Shown: positions 55,907 through 64,000 of the stretch, one piece after another
Numbering within the stretch: the stretch's first letter is position 1
Layout of the letters: each line of letters opens with the position of its first letter
Assembly (NCBI GenBank): GCA_030679255.1
Contig: JAUXTO010000025.1
Location: 8,719 to 72,718, forward strand
Length of the DNA stretch: 64,000 nt
DNA from: Candidatus Gottesmanbacteria bacterium
Lineage (GTDB): Bacteria > Patescibacteriota > Microgenomatia > UBA10105 > UBA927
Direction of reading: 5' to 3'
The notes under the pieces: model-generated
Database searches by the model: none
Seen by the model: only the letters and a program-made list of their open reading frames with translations
Told to the model about the DNA's origin: nothing
Made by a program: the position numbers and the translations under genes

Positions 55907-57031
55907 CTAAGTCTTCAAAACCTTCTGATAGACTTTTTCGTAACCCTCGACCATTTTCTCTACGGTAAAGTTTTCCTCGACATGCCTCCGGCAAGCGGCG
56001 CGGTCGATTTCTCCGATGCGTTTGACGGCTTCGACCAGCCCCTCTACCCCACGTTTTTTGATGACCCACTTCCCGTCTTTATTGGTAGTATTGGTAGTAT
56101 TTGTCTGATTTGTAGTATTGGTAGTATTATCATTTGGTTCTACGATAAACCCCGTCACTCCGTCCTTGACGATTTCAGAAACTGACCCCCGGTTGTAGGC
56201 GATGACCGGCGTCCCGCACGCCATGGCCTCAATCATCACGAGCCCAAACGGCTCTTCCCAGTGGATGGGGAATAGGAACGCTTTCGCATTACCTAAAAAA
56301 TCATACTTCAACGGACCAATCATTCGATCTAATAGACGAATCATCGCGCCATCAACTTCAGCGTTTATGCGTTTCAGATATGCTTCCTGGCCCTTTTCCT
56401 CAAAACCAACAAGCGTCAGCACGTCTCCAGTTTTTTTTGCCGTCATGATTGCATCAATTGCCCCTTTATTTTCCGAAAAACGTCCCATCCAGGCTACATA
56501 CGATGGTTTCTGTGGATGGAAAACAAATGGAACGTTTAAAGCGTCAATACCGTTGTAAACTACGCTCGAGAAATGGATGTAGGGCAACGCTCGTTTGGCG
56601 CCTTCGGATAATGCTATAAAAAATTCATGAGGAAATCGTTCGAATACTTTCTGTTCCCGCATCGCAAAATTAGCGCCGTGTGTGGTTGAAACGACGGGTG
56701 GACGAACCGCATGGATATAGGGTAATAATACGTGCTCTATATGACTATGTACGATATCAAACTGACCGAGCTCCGGAACTATTTTTTCTGCATACGCATG
56801 CTGAAGCGCAACACTTTCACGATCAAATAGTGATCGACCGGATTCTTTGAGCGATGGGCCACTAAAGCGCAGCAATACACGCGGAAACACTGACTTATCC
56901 GGAGCAAACACCGTAACCGTGTGGCCTCTCGCCTTGAGCCCCAAGGTGACATCCCGCACCACGGCTTTTATACCGATTGCCTTCTCAGAATCAAACGCAG
57001 ACCAATTGGGTAAAATTTGCGCAACGTTCAT
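55907..57031 (-). CDS. GT4 family glycosyltransferase
   Basis: EEPFGLVMIEAMACGTPVIAYNRGSVSEIV. An internal TNTTNQTNTTNTTN stretch comes from ttggtagtat repeats at 56081-56129. Confidence 0.85.
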   Translation of the reverse strand: MNVAQILPNWSAFDSEKAIGIKAVVRDVTLGLKARGHTVTVFAPDKSVFPRVLLRFSGPSLKESGRSLFDRESVALQHAYAEKIVPELGQFDIVHSHIEHVLLPYIHAVRPPVVSTTHGANFAMREQKVFERFPHEFFIALSEGAKRALPYIHFSSVVYNGIDALNVPFVFHPQKPSYVAWMGRFSENKGAIDAIMTAKKTGDVLTLVGFEEKGQEAYLKRINAEVDGAMIRLLDRMIGPLKYDFLGNAKAFLFPIHWEEPFGLVMIEAMACGTPVIAYNRGSVSEIVKDGVTGFIVEPNDNTTNTTNQTNTTNTTNKDGKWVIKKRGVEGLVEAVKRIGEIDRAACRRHVEENFTVEKMVEGYEKVYQKVLKT

Positions 57032-58188
57032 GCTGTAAGTAACTTCTCATATACTGCTTCGTGATCCGTTACCATGCGCGAAATAGTAAAATGTTCTTCA
57101 ACGTGGCGGCGGCATGCCATACGGTCAATCTCTCCGATGCGCTTCACGGCTTCAACCAGTCCTTCAACCCCTGTTTTTTTTATCACCCAACTCCCCTTAT
57201 TCCTCCAAGCTCCCGTTTCATCCGGATCGATGATAAAACCCGTAACACCATCGTTTACTATCTCCGCTGCACTTCCCCTGTTATACGCGATGACCGGTGT
57301 CCCACACGCCATCGCTTCAATCATGACCATTCCAAATGGCTCTTCCCATCGTAGGGGCATGATAAATGCCTTGCCTTTTTTTATAAAATCTGATTTCTCT
57401 TTCCCGGCCAGATATCCTGACAGACATACGGATGTTCCGTCGATATGAGGCGCTATTTTCGTATCATAAAACTCCTGCGACTGATTACCGCGTATTGAAC
57501 TCGTTGCGACATGGAGTGGCAATCCTGCGGCGTGAGCCACCTCTATAGCAATATCCGCGCCCTTATCTTCCATGACCCTGCCGAAGTAGATGAGATGATT
57601 ATCGGGGGTAAGGTCGACGTCATATTCATCCAAAGCCAAACCATGATAAATTGTTGCTATAAAATTCATTGGGATTATACTGTGTCGCTGCGAATCGCTG
57701 ATTGATAGATAGTTGTGATGCAAAAACCGGTGATAACGAAAATACTCAAGGGTCGTTGGCAACTGAGGGAGCGGATCGTGGATGGTGTAAACGGTCGGAA
57801 ATGACGTCAATTCATTAAGGTAATGCGCACCAAAATCATGGTACGAGTGAATGATATCAAGCTTCCCATCTCGCGCATCGTTGTATGCTTTCAAAGTTAA
57901 GTCATACTCAAAGTCCCTTTTAAGAATTTCAAAAGCTGCAAACTTTTGCTCCGCTGCTTCACGGTACCGGAATTGATAATAATACGGGTCATGCGCGACG
58001 AGCTCACTGTCTCCACTGACAAGTTGAGCTTTTGTGACAACTTCAGAAGCAGAATAAAAACGTACCGTATGACCTCTGTCTACTAAAGAATCAGCTAATT
58101 GAATCGCAAGAGGAAGTGGGGCAAATATTCTCCCCTCTCCGTATCTTTTTGTGGCATAAATGGAAGGGAGGAGCATGCCGATTTTCAT
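57028..58188 (-). CDS. GT4 family glycosyltransferase, a tandem paralog
   Basis: EEPFGMVMIEAMACGTPVIAYNRGSAAEIV. The C-terminal ~50 aa are near-identical to the neighbouring GT4. Confidence 0.85.
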   Translation of the reverse strand: MKIGMLLPSIYATKRYGEGRIFAPLPLAIQLADSLVDRGHTVRFYSASEVVTKAQLVSGDSELVAHDPYYYQFRYREAAEQKFAAFEILKRDFEYDLTLKAYNDARDGKLDIIHSYHDFGAHYLNELTSFPTVYTIHDPLPQLPTTLEYFRYHRFLHHNYLSISDSQRHSIIPMNFIATIYHGLALDEYDVDLTPDNHLIYFGRVMEDKGADIAIEVAHAAGLPLHVATSSIRGNQSQEFYDTKIAPHIDGTSVCLSGYLAGKEKSDFIKKGKAFIMPLRWEEPFGMVMIEAMACGTPVIAYNRGSAAEIVNDGVTGFIIDPDETGAWRNKGSWVIKKTGVEGLVEAVKRIGEIDRMACRRHVEEHFTISRMVTDHEAVYEKLLTA

Positions 58189-58193
58189 AATGC

Positions 58194-59153
58194 TTATATT
58201 GTAGCACGAGCAGGAGCGAAATTTTTTTGAAGATATCGCGACAATATTCCGTTTCCCATTTTTGCTTGAGCCCTCTCAAGATCATCTTGAGTTGGTGGTG
58301 TTATACCATCCCAATCAGCAATTGCTTTTTCGGCAACCATCCTGAGATCGGGACCACCTGACCAATGTTCCAGGATGTGACGGGCTTCCTCAAGCTTCAT
58401 CGTCGGGAGCGTTACCGGACCGGTATCGGGAATATAGACATGAAAATAGCTGTAGGTCTCTATTTTTTCGTCATCACGTGCAATATCTGGCCTGTGTAGT
58501 CTTTTTTCTACCTTTCTATTCTCGACAAACCCTCTGCTCGAGATCCTTCCTTTTTCCGCGTCATCTTCACGCAGCTTAAGATTGGCCGCCCAATTGCCGC
58601 TATTATGAATTTCTCCGGTGCCCCCCATAAGTGTTTGCACCCCCAAGGCAATGGCAACTCCTTCTGCAGATTGATGTATATAGGGCTGTTCACTGCCCCT
58701 CACAACGGTTTGCCATTGCCGAGCATAACCCTTTTTTGGACTAACGACAAAATGAAATCCCTTGACATGGGGTTCTTTTTTGATAAGAACAAGATCAAAT
58801 GCATCATTTTCCCACAATTTATAGGCATGTCCGAGCACTTCAAAAACGTCCTTTCCCATTGGTTTATCTCCGTACGAGTCAAACAACGTGAGGTCTCGGG
58901 CATACGATTCCCACTTTGGGAGATACTTTGTGAATAATCGTCTCAGATTAGTAAAGTCGTACTGTGTTTTCTCAGGATGTATGGGTGCAACCATTCGATT
59001 GATCGTATCAACAGGCCGCCGCCATGACGCGGTATTGAGATTCCTGCCATAGATAGACACCTGAGTACCATTTTTTTCTATTCGGGTATTCGCCCACGGC
59101 TCGGTCGTTACCCCGCTTTCTGCAATCGCTTTTGCAACGCCAAGTCCAACCAC
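58194..59153 (-). CDS. Hypothetical protein, possibly a HIT-like nucleotidyltransferase or phosphorylase
   Basis: 319 aa with His-rich motifs (GHAYKLW, FHVYIPDTG). Low-confidence family call. Confidence 0.35.
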   Translation of the reverse strand: MVGLGVAKAIAESGVTTEPWANTRIEKNGTQVSIYGRNLNTASWRRPVDTINRMVAPIHPEKTQYDFTNLRRLFTKYLPKWESYARDLTLFDSYGDKPMGKDVFEVLGHAYKLWENDAFDLVLIKKEPHVKGFHFVVSPKKGYARQWQTVVRGSEQPYIHQSAEGVAIALGVQTLMGGTGEIHNSGNWAANLKLREDDAEKGRISSRGFVENRKVEKRLHRPDIARDDEKIETYSYFHVYIPDTGPVTLPTMKLEEARHILEHWSGGPDLRMVAEKAIADWDGITPPTQDDLERAQAKMGNGILSRYLQKNFAPARATI

Positions 59154-59326
59154 AAAACGTTGAACTATTGCCTTGGGGATGTATCCTGCCCATGAAGTCC
59201 CCTTACGACAACGTGCAGACCTTCTTTGAGTGGAATGTTGGGCGGATTAGGAAAAATTACTTCAGTCGTTTTTCCGACTATCGGATGCACAATACCATGT
59301 TCTATACCATTCATGAATGCAGTTGT

Positions 59327-60496
59327 TTAACTTTTTTTACTGAATTTCTCATAGATATGGACAAACTTCCTCCCGATGATCTCCCACGAAAATTTTTCCT
59401 CTGCAATCCGCCGGGCATTCTCGCCCATTTTCAGGCGCAACGGCTCATTATCGAGTAATTTATTTACTTTCTCCACAATCTCCTCGCTATTTCTCGCGCG
59501 GATAAAGAGTCCGTTGACGCCTTCCTTCACTGCGAGTGGGATTCCGCCTTTGCGCGTCACGACGACCGGCGTGTTACACGCCATCGCTTCTAAAATAACT
59601 AGCCCCAAGGGCTCATCCCAGACGGACGGCGCGACGAAGACATCCGCCCGCGAGTAGTACGGCACGAGCTTTTTGACACCAGCCCCCAAGTGCCCCACCC
59701 AGTGGACGTTGGTCAGACCCAAATTCTGCGCTTTCAGCTTAAGTTTCGGCAGTTCCGGCCCGTCGCCTAGGATGACGACCTCTCCATGGATGCGTTTAGC
59801 CGCCCCGATGAGAAACTCGACCCCTTTATACTTCGTGATCTTGCCGGCAAACACAACCACCGGTTTCCCATGAAGGTTCAGCTCGCGATCGACTTGCGCA
59901 GCACCCGACTCACTATAGACAAATTTATTGATATCCACACCCCCCGGGATCACGCGGCATTTTTCATGAAAGTATCCATGGAACACCCGCAGGAACCAAT
60001 CGCGCGTGTAGCCGCTATTGGGAATGATGCGCGACGTGCGATACATCGAATAGTACGTGGCTCTGCCATACCGCCGGTCTTTCTCGATCGTCGGAAGTTC
60101 CGATCCGTGGATGGTCGTAATGAAGTTGATGCCGTACATATCCTTCACAAACGCTGCCGCCCAGGTGAACGGAAACGCGTGATGGACGTGGATGATGTCC
60201 GGATGAAAGTCTTCGACTGCTGTAATAGTCGCATCAAGAAATGTTTTATATATAAGCGCTACCTCAACGTTCGTCAGCTGCGTATAAAATTTACAATCCG
60301 GCCACTCCGGGTGTCCGGTGAAGGCGACGGGGAACGGAAGTTTCACCGTATAAAGTTTCGCTTTATCTATCGGCCGGTCATCAGGAGCGAGAATGGCGAC
60401 TTTATGCGTCCGCCCTACCACAGAAGCCAAATGCCGGGCATAGGTCCCCGAGCCGCTCCCCCAAAAAGGAAATGTCTGTAAATAAAGTATGCGCAT
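59327..60496 (-). CDS. GT4 family glycosyltransferase
   Basis: LGLVILEAMACNTPVVVTRKGGIPLAVKEGVNG. Confidence 0.85.
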   Translation of the reverse strand: MRILYLQTFPFWGSGSGTYARHLASVVGRTHKVAILAPDDRPIDKAKLYTVKLPFPVAFTGHPEWPDCKFYTQLTNVEVALIYKTFLDATITAVEDFHPDIIHVHHAFPFTWAAAFVKDMYGINFITTIHGSELPTIEKDRRYGRATYYSMYRTSRIIPNSGYTRDWFLRVFHGYFHEKCRVIPGGVDINKFVYSESGAAQVDRELNLHGKPVVVFAGKITKYKGVEFLIGAAKRIHGEVVILGDGPELPKLKLKAQNLGLTNVHWVGHLGAGVKKLVPYYSRADVFVAPSVWDEPLGLVILEAMACNTPVVVTRKGGIPLAVKEGVNGLFIRARNSEEIVEKVNKLLDNEPLRLKMGENARRIAEEKFSWEIIGRKFVHIYEKFSKKS

Positions 60497-60614
60497 TGGT
60501 TATGATTATACACGAGCTCCCACCCCGCGGGCTAGAAGGGATCATACGAACCGAGATTTGCATAATGATGCAAAACCTACTCCGGATTGCTATAATAGCC
60601 CATCTTGTATTTCT

Positions 60615-61256
60615 ATGTGGAATCCCAATTGGTTACGCCCCTCCCCAATTATTGACCATATTAAAAACCAATATCGGACTGGTCTTCGCCCGGATGGGTG
60701 TTTAGGATATCACGGTACAAGCATACAAACACTCCAGAATGTATTAGAGACTGGTGTCGTACCTGGAGTCACTGGAAAAGAAAATCCGACACGTTTCAAC
60801 CGTCCGCATAACGGCGATCTGTATTTCTGGCCATCAGATTACGAAGAATTAGATCAAAATGCTATTGCCCTCGCGGCTTCATACGCTACGGCGATAGCCC
60901 AAAGCCATGCTTTATTACAGCTTCTGAAGCTTGATGCAACACATGATACATACGCCAGAGCAGCACGGAATATATTACGTGATTCTCCTGAATTTCAAAA
61001 TGAATATATGGAAATGTTAGGAGTATCTCTGGACCCATCAGCGCTACAAGAATATATGCGACAGGCAATGCAGTATAAAGGCGTGGTAATAGGAATTAAC
61101 TCATATGCACAACTCAAGTATCATGTCGTTGATGTAGAACCTGACGATGATGGTTGCCGACTGGAAACGAATGGTGAAGGTCTACCGTATCATTTCATCC
61201 ACGGAATTGAGGCAATGGGTCCGATGGAACGGGAATTTCTCGATACACTCGCGTGA
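60615..61256 (+). CDS. Hypothetical protein
   Basis: Start chosen at MWNPNWL. No family recognised. Confidence 0.35.
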   Translation: MWNPNWLRPSPIIDHIKNQYRTGLRPDGCLGYHGTSIQTLQNVLETGVVPGVTGKENPTRFNRPHNGDLYFWPSDYEELDQNAIALAASYATAIAQSHALLQLLKLDATHDTYARAARNILRDSPEFQNEYMEMLGVSLDPSALQEYMRQAMQYKGVVIGINSYAQLKYHVVDVEPDDDGCRLETNGEGLPYHFIHGIEAMGPMEREFLDTLA

Positions 61257-61402
61257 CTCTGTATATCTCCACCTAAATCTCCACCTCCAGTGTGGCAGAA
61301 CCTCGCCAGCTATTATCTCTTCTTGTCTTGTATGTTGCAACCCGCGACCGCATTTTGCAATGGACATATGGAATAACCCCGACCATACTTGACAAAACAT
61401 AA

Positions 61403-61846
61403 TTAAAACTTTTCATATAACACCACGGCATCCCGTTTGACATTTTGCATAAATATACGATATTCAGGAGAAATATCGCCCACGCCATCCGGATCCTTGT
61501 ACACCTCCGGACGAATAAAATGAAACTCACACGGTAAAAATTGGGCATGCTGCCCCTTTTTATACCTAGCACGCCTCATGATTTCAAAAATGGCATCAGT
61601 GAATTCGCCAGGATCATCGGTAACGAACCCAATGTCAGTATCCGAACACTCATACTGAAATATACTGTATTTTGCCTCCCCACGCGCTACAGATCCAAAC
61701 AATACGATCTTGACGACTTTGGGGCATTTATTTCCTACGCCAGCTGCGGCTTCGGTGAGTGTCTCCGTTATCCACTCATAATCATCAGCAGTTAAATCCC
61801 ATTCTGAAATGTTGCCTGATGAATCCCTCCATTCGCTGATTCCCAT
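61403..61846 (-). CDS. Nucleotidyltransferase-domain (Pol-beta/MNT superfamily) protein
   Basis: VVKIVLFGSVARGEA...SDTDIGFV is the NTase motif. Confidence 0.65.
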   Translation of the reverse strand: MGISEWRDSSGNISEWDLTADDYEWITETLTEAAAGVGNKCPKVVKIVLFGSVARGEAKYSIFQYECSDTDIGFVTDDPGEFTDAIFEIMRRARYKKGQHAQFLPCEFHFIRPEVYKDPDGVGDISPEYRIFMQNVKRDAVVLYEKF

Positions 61847-61991
61847 TCGGAAATTATACCCTATAGCATATTAATTTCAAAATAACCCCGTCCATACTTG
61901 ACAAAACGTGGTGTGAGAGAGGCTATCCAGAATATTATCCGATCAACCGAACTCATATGAATCGTGAAACAAATGCTATATACTGTCCGAG

Positions 61992-62426
61992 TTGCGAACT
62001 GAGACTATGGGATTATTCGAATACCTCCATAATATATGGTCATCACCAGGGGACTCGATACGAGATCCCCTTGATATAATAATTCAAAATGCTCAACCAG
62101 ATGAACTTGAGTCTCTTCTCCCACAGTTGTCTGGGAGATCCTGGAAGGAACTACAAAAACGATTCGAATATTTATTTATGAGTACTGAAATAGCGGAACA
62201 CGGACGTATTGCTGACGCTCTAGAATTATGTGAATATACGTTGATGCTACAAATATTAGACGACCCGGATGCGCCGCCACAAGTTCGACGAGAGGCTGAA
62301 AAGTTCGCTCAACAAATAAAAAAATTGAATAAATATTATGCGCTTAAATTACCAGAACCAGATGATGAACGCGCATGTATAGTGGTGAACGGTGAAACCT
62401 TGTTTATCGATGATATATTTTTATAA
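61992..62426 (+). CDS. Hypothetical protein
   Basis: 144-aa ORF. No family recognised. Confidence 0.4.
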   Translation: MRTETMGLFEYLHNIWSSPGDSIRDPLDIIIQNAQPDELESLLPQLSGRSWKELQKRFEYLFMSTEIAEHGRIADALELCEYTLMLQILDDPDAPPQVRREAEKFAQQIKKLNKYYALKLPEPDDERACIVVNGETLFIDDIFL

Positions 62427-62449
62427 CAGTACGTCAAGAAAACAATGAT

Positions 62450-63430
62450 TTAGCTTCGCCAAGTTTGACTTGACGAAGCTAGCTTTTTCCCGAGCACCAG
62501 CCAAAGGAATTGGAGCAACCGTAGTTGTCTCCCAAACCGCCAAGGTTCAATGACCAGCCGCCAGAGCCACTCGAGGCCAAGCGATCGGAAAAAATGCGGT
62601 GCGCGGGGCACTCGTCCGGCAATGATGTCAAAACTGCCGCCGACGGACATGAAAACGATGCTTTTCCTGTCATCCCGGGCTTGACCCGGGATCCATTCTT
62701 TTTTCTCTGGATTCCGGCTCAGAGGCCGGAATGACAAAATATGGGCAAGCTGCTCTATAAAAAATTCCTGCTTCGGTGCCCCCAACCCCACGAAGACGAT
62801 GCATATCCTTGTTTTTCTTATCTTTTCAATAATATCTTTCGTGTATTGGTAGTATTTGAGTATTGTCCCGCTGCTGTTTCCGATATTTATTGGATTACAG
62901 CAGCGTGGATCCCGCTTCGCGGGAGTAGCATTTGACATTGGTAGTATTGGCATTTCCTCCGGCTCCTCCGCCCACCCCACCAACCCCGGATACTTTATTT
63001 TCAGTTGCCCGAGCGCCTCCTGCGCCACTCCATCTCTCCCGCCGATGAGCGCGACCGGCCAACCCTTTGCCGCGGCCATCGCCACCAGATCTTCCATAAA
63101 CTCCACACCGGGGATTCTTTGCAAACCTATGTCCTGAGTCTTATGTCCTACGTCCTTCCCAAGAAAACGCAGCGCGGCGACAAGACCTATCCCGTCCGGG
63201 ATTGCCACATCAGCACCATTAAGGATCTCAGCAAAATGTTTATCGGTTTGCGCGGCGATGATCTGTTCCGGATTCGGTGTGACAATAACGAGGGGTTTCC
63301 GGTTTTTATTGGATAATTGGATAATTGGATAATTGGATAATTCTAAGTACTTCCGTACATGTTCTACTATTTCATCCTTTGGACTCGCCGTCACCGATAT
63401 TCCGAGTATTTTTGTTGATGCCAACTTCAT
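62450..63430 (-). CDS. WecB/TagA/CpsF (GT26) family glycosyltransferase with in-frame repeat insertions
   Basis: LVIVTPNPEQII...DVAIPDGIGLVAALRFLG...GLGAPKQE. The element at 62669-62735 encodes EKKEWIPGQARDD. An 8-bp repeat x4 sits at 63309-63342. Confidence 0.7.
   Translation of the reverse strand: MKLASTKILGISVTASPKDEIVEHVRKYLELSNYPIIQLSNKNRKPLVIVTPNPEQIIAAQTDKHFAEILNGADVAIPDGIGLVAALRFLGKDVGHKTQDIGLQRIPGVEFMEDLVAMAAAKGWPVALIGGRDGVAQEALGQLKIKYPGLVGWAEEPEEMPILPMSNATPAKRDPRCCNPINIGNSSGTILKYYQYTKDIIEKIRKTRICIVFVGLGAPKQEFFIEQLAHILSFRPLSRNPEKKEWIPGQARDDRKSIVFMSVGGSFDIIAGRVPRAPHFFRSLGLEWLWRLVIEPWRFGRQLRLLQFLWLVLGKKLASSSQTWRS
62669..62735. repeat. Family 2 multi-hairpin element, in frame in the WecB/TagA gene
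   Basis: gtcatcccgggcttgacccgggatccattcttttttctctggattccggctcagaggccggaatgac. Confidence 0.8.
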
Positions 63431-63491
63431 AGTAATTGTTCTGTTGGTAGTATTTGTAGTATTTGATTATTTGATGATTGGTAGTATTACT

Positions 63492-64000
63492 TTATCGTTT
63501 ACTGATGCTCCTCTTATAAAGTTCAATATTCTCAAGAGCGACCCCGGTGCCGCGTACGACACAAAGAAGTGCGTCTTCGGCAACATGACAGGGCACCCCC
63601 GTCATTTGAGTAAGAAGTTTATCCATATTGCGCAGTGTAGACGTTCCTCCGGCCATAACGATACCTTTATCGATGATGTCTGCCGCAAGCTCCGGCGGTG
63701 TTTCCTCAAGCGCGGATTTGACGGCCCCAACGATGAGCAGAAGTACCGGCATGATGGCCTCCGTGACCTCGCCGCGTGTGAGCTCAATCATCCGCGGCAT
63801 ACCGGTGTAGAGGTCCCGCCCCCGGACTTCAATGCTATCCTGATTTGTCATCCCAGGCTTGACCTGGGATCCATCTTTCTGGACCCCAGCCTTCGCTGGG
63901 GTGACATCGGGATTGCCCATCGCATCCCCAATCGTCACTTTGATCGTCTCACTCATCCGTTCGCCGATAATCAGATTAAATTTTTTCTTTACAAAACCGG
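63492..64000 (-). CDS. mreB: Rod shape-determining protein MreB, C-terminal part. Partial: the gene continues past the right edge of the window.
   Basis: EVRGRDLYTGMPRMIELT...IVMAGGTSTLRNMDKLLTQMTGVPCHVAEDALLCVVRGTG. The element at 63847-63905 inserts in-frame and encodes VTPAKAGVQKDGSQVKPGMT. Confidence 0.85.
   Translation of the reverse strand, partial: GFVKKKFNLIIGERMSETIKVTIGDAMGNPDVTPAKAGVQKDGSQVKPGMTNQDSIEVRGRDLYTGMPRMIELTRGEVTEAIMPVLLLIVGAVKSALEETPPELAADIIDKGIVMAGGTSTLRNMDKLLTQMTGVPCHVAEDALLCVVRGTGVALENIELYKRSISKR
63847..63905. repeat. Family 2 multi-hairpin element, in frame in mreB
   Basis: gtcatcccaggcttgacctgggatccatctttctggaccccagccttcgctggggtgac. Confidence 0.8.

Larger units (their letters stand above)
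55078..55910 (-). mobile_element. RAYT unit: a REP-associated tyrosine transposase gene flanked by two REP-like palindromes in inverted orientation
   Basis: Elements at 55078-55109 (loop tctca) and 55878-55910 (loop tgaga) bracket the RAYT CDS. A third copy lies inside it. Confidence 0.75.

Overview
This is a gene-dense bacterial window (about 45% GC, standard genetic code, about 90 genes). The lineage is uncertain. A reduced CPR-like genome is a guess based on the broken ribosomal-protein cluster, the many in-frame insertions and the archaeal-type CoA enzymes. Recognisable content, in order:
- dnaB N-terminus (partial, reading off the left edge)
- a tRNA-His-like element directly in front of an 8-gene histidine operon (hisG-D-C/B(N)-B-H-F-I-E; no hisA; hisS nearby)
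- rpmE and an RF1 lacking domain 1
- htrA, ctpA, and the rpsF-ssb-rpsR operon
- ychF, then an accessory block with three toxin-antitoxin pairs (two Phd/RelE-type pairs and one HicAB pair)
- cysS, recR, prs, galU
- secE-nusG-rplKAJL, interrupted by inserted genes
- galT and an archaeal-type PPAT/DPCK fusion
- a glycan cluster (DegT aminotransferase, glgA-like GT5, three GT4, WecB/TagA)
- mreB (partial, reading off the right edge)

The most striking feature is a load of short palindromic repeat families. At least four of them sit in frame inside conserved genes. The best defined is a 31-33 bp REP-like palindrome with 9 copies, two of which flank a RAYT-type (IS200-like Y1) transposase in inverted orientation.
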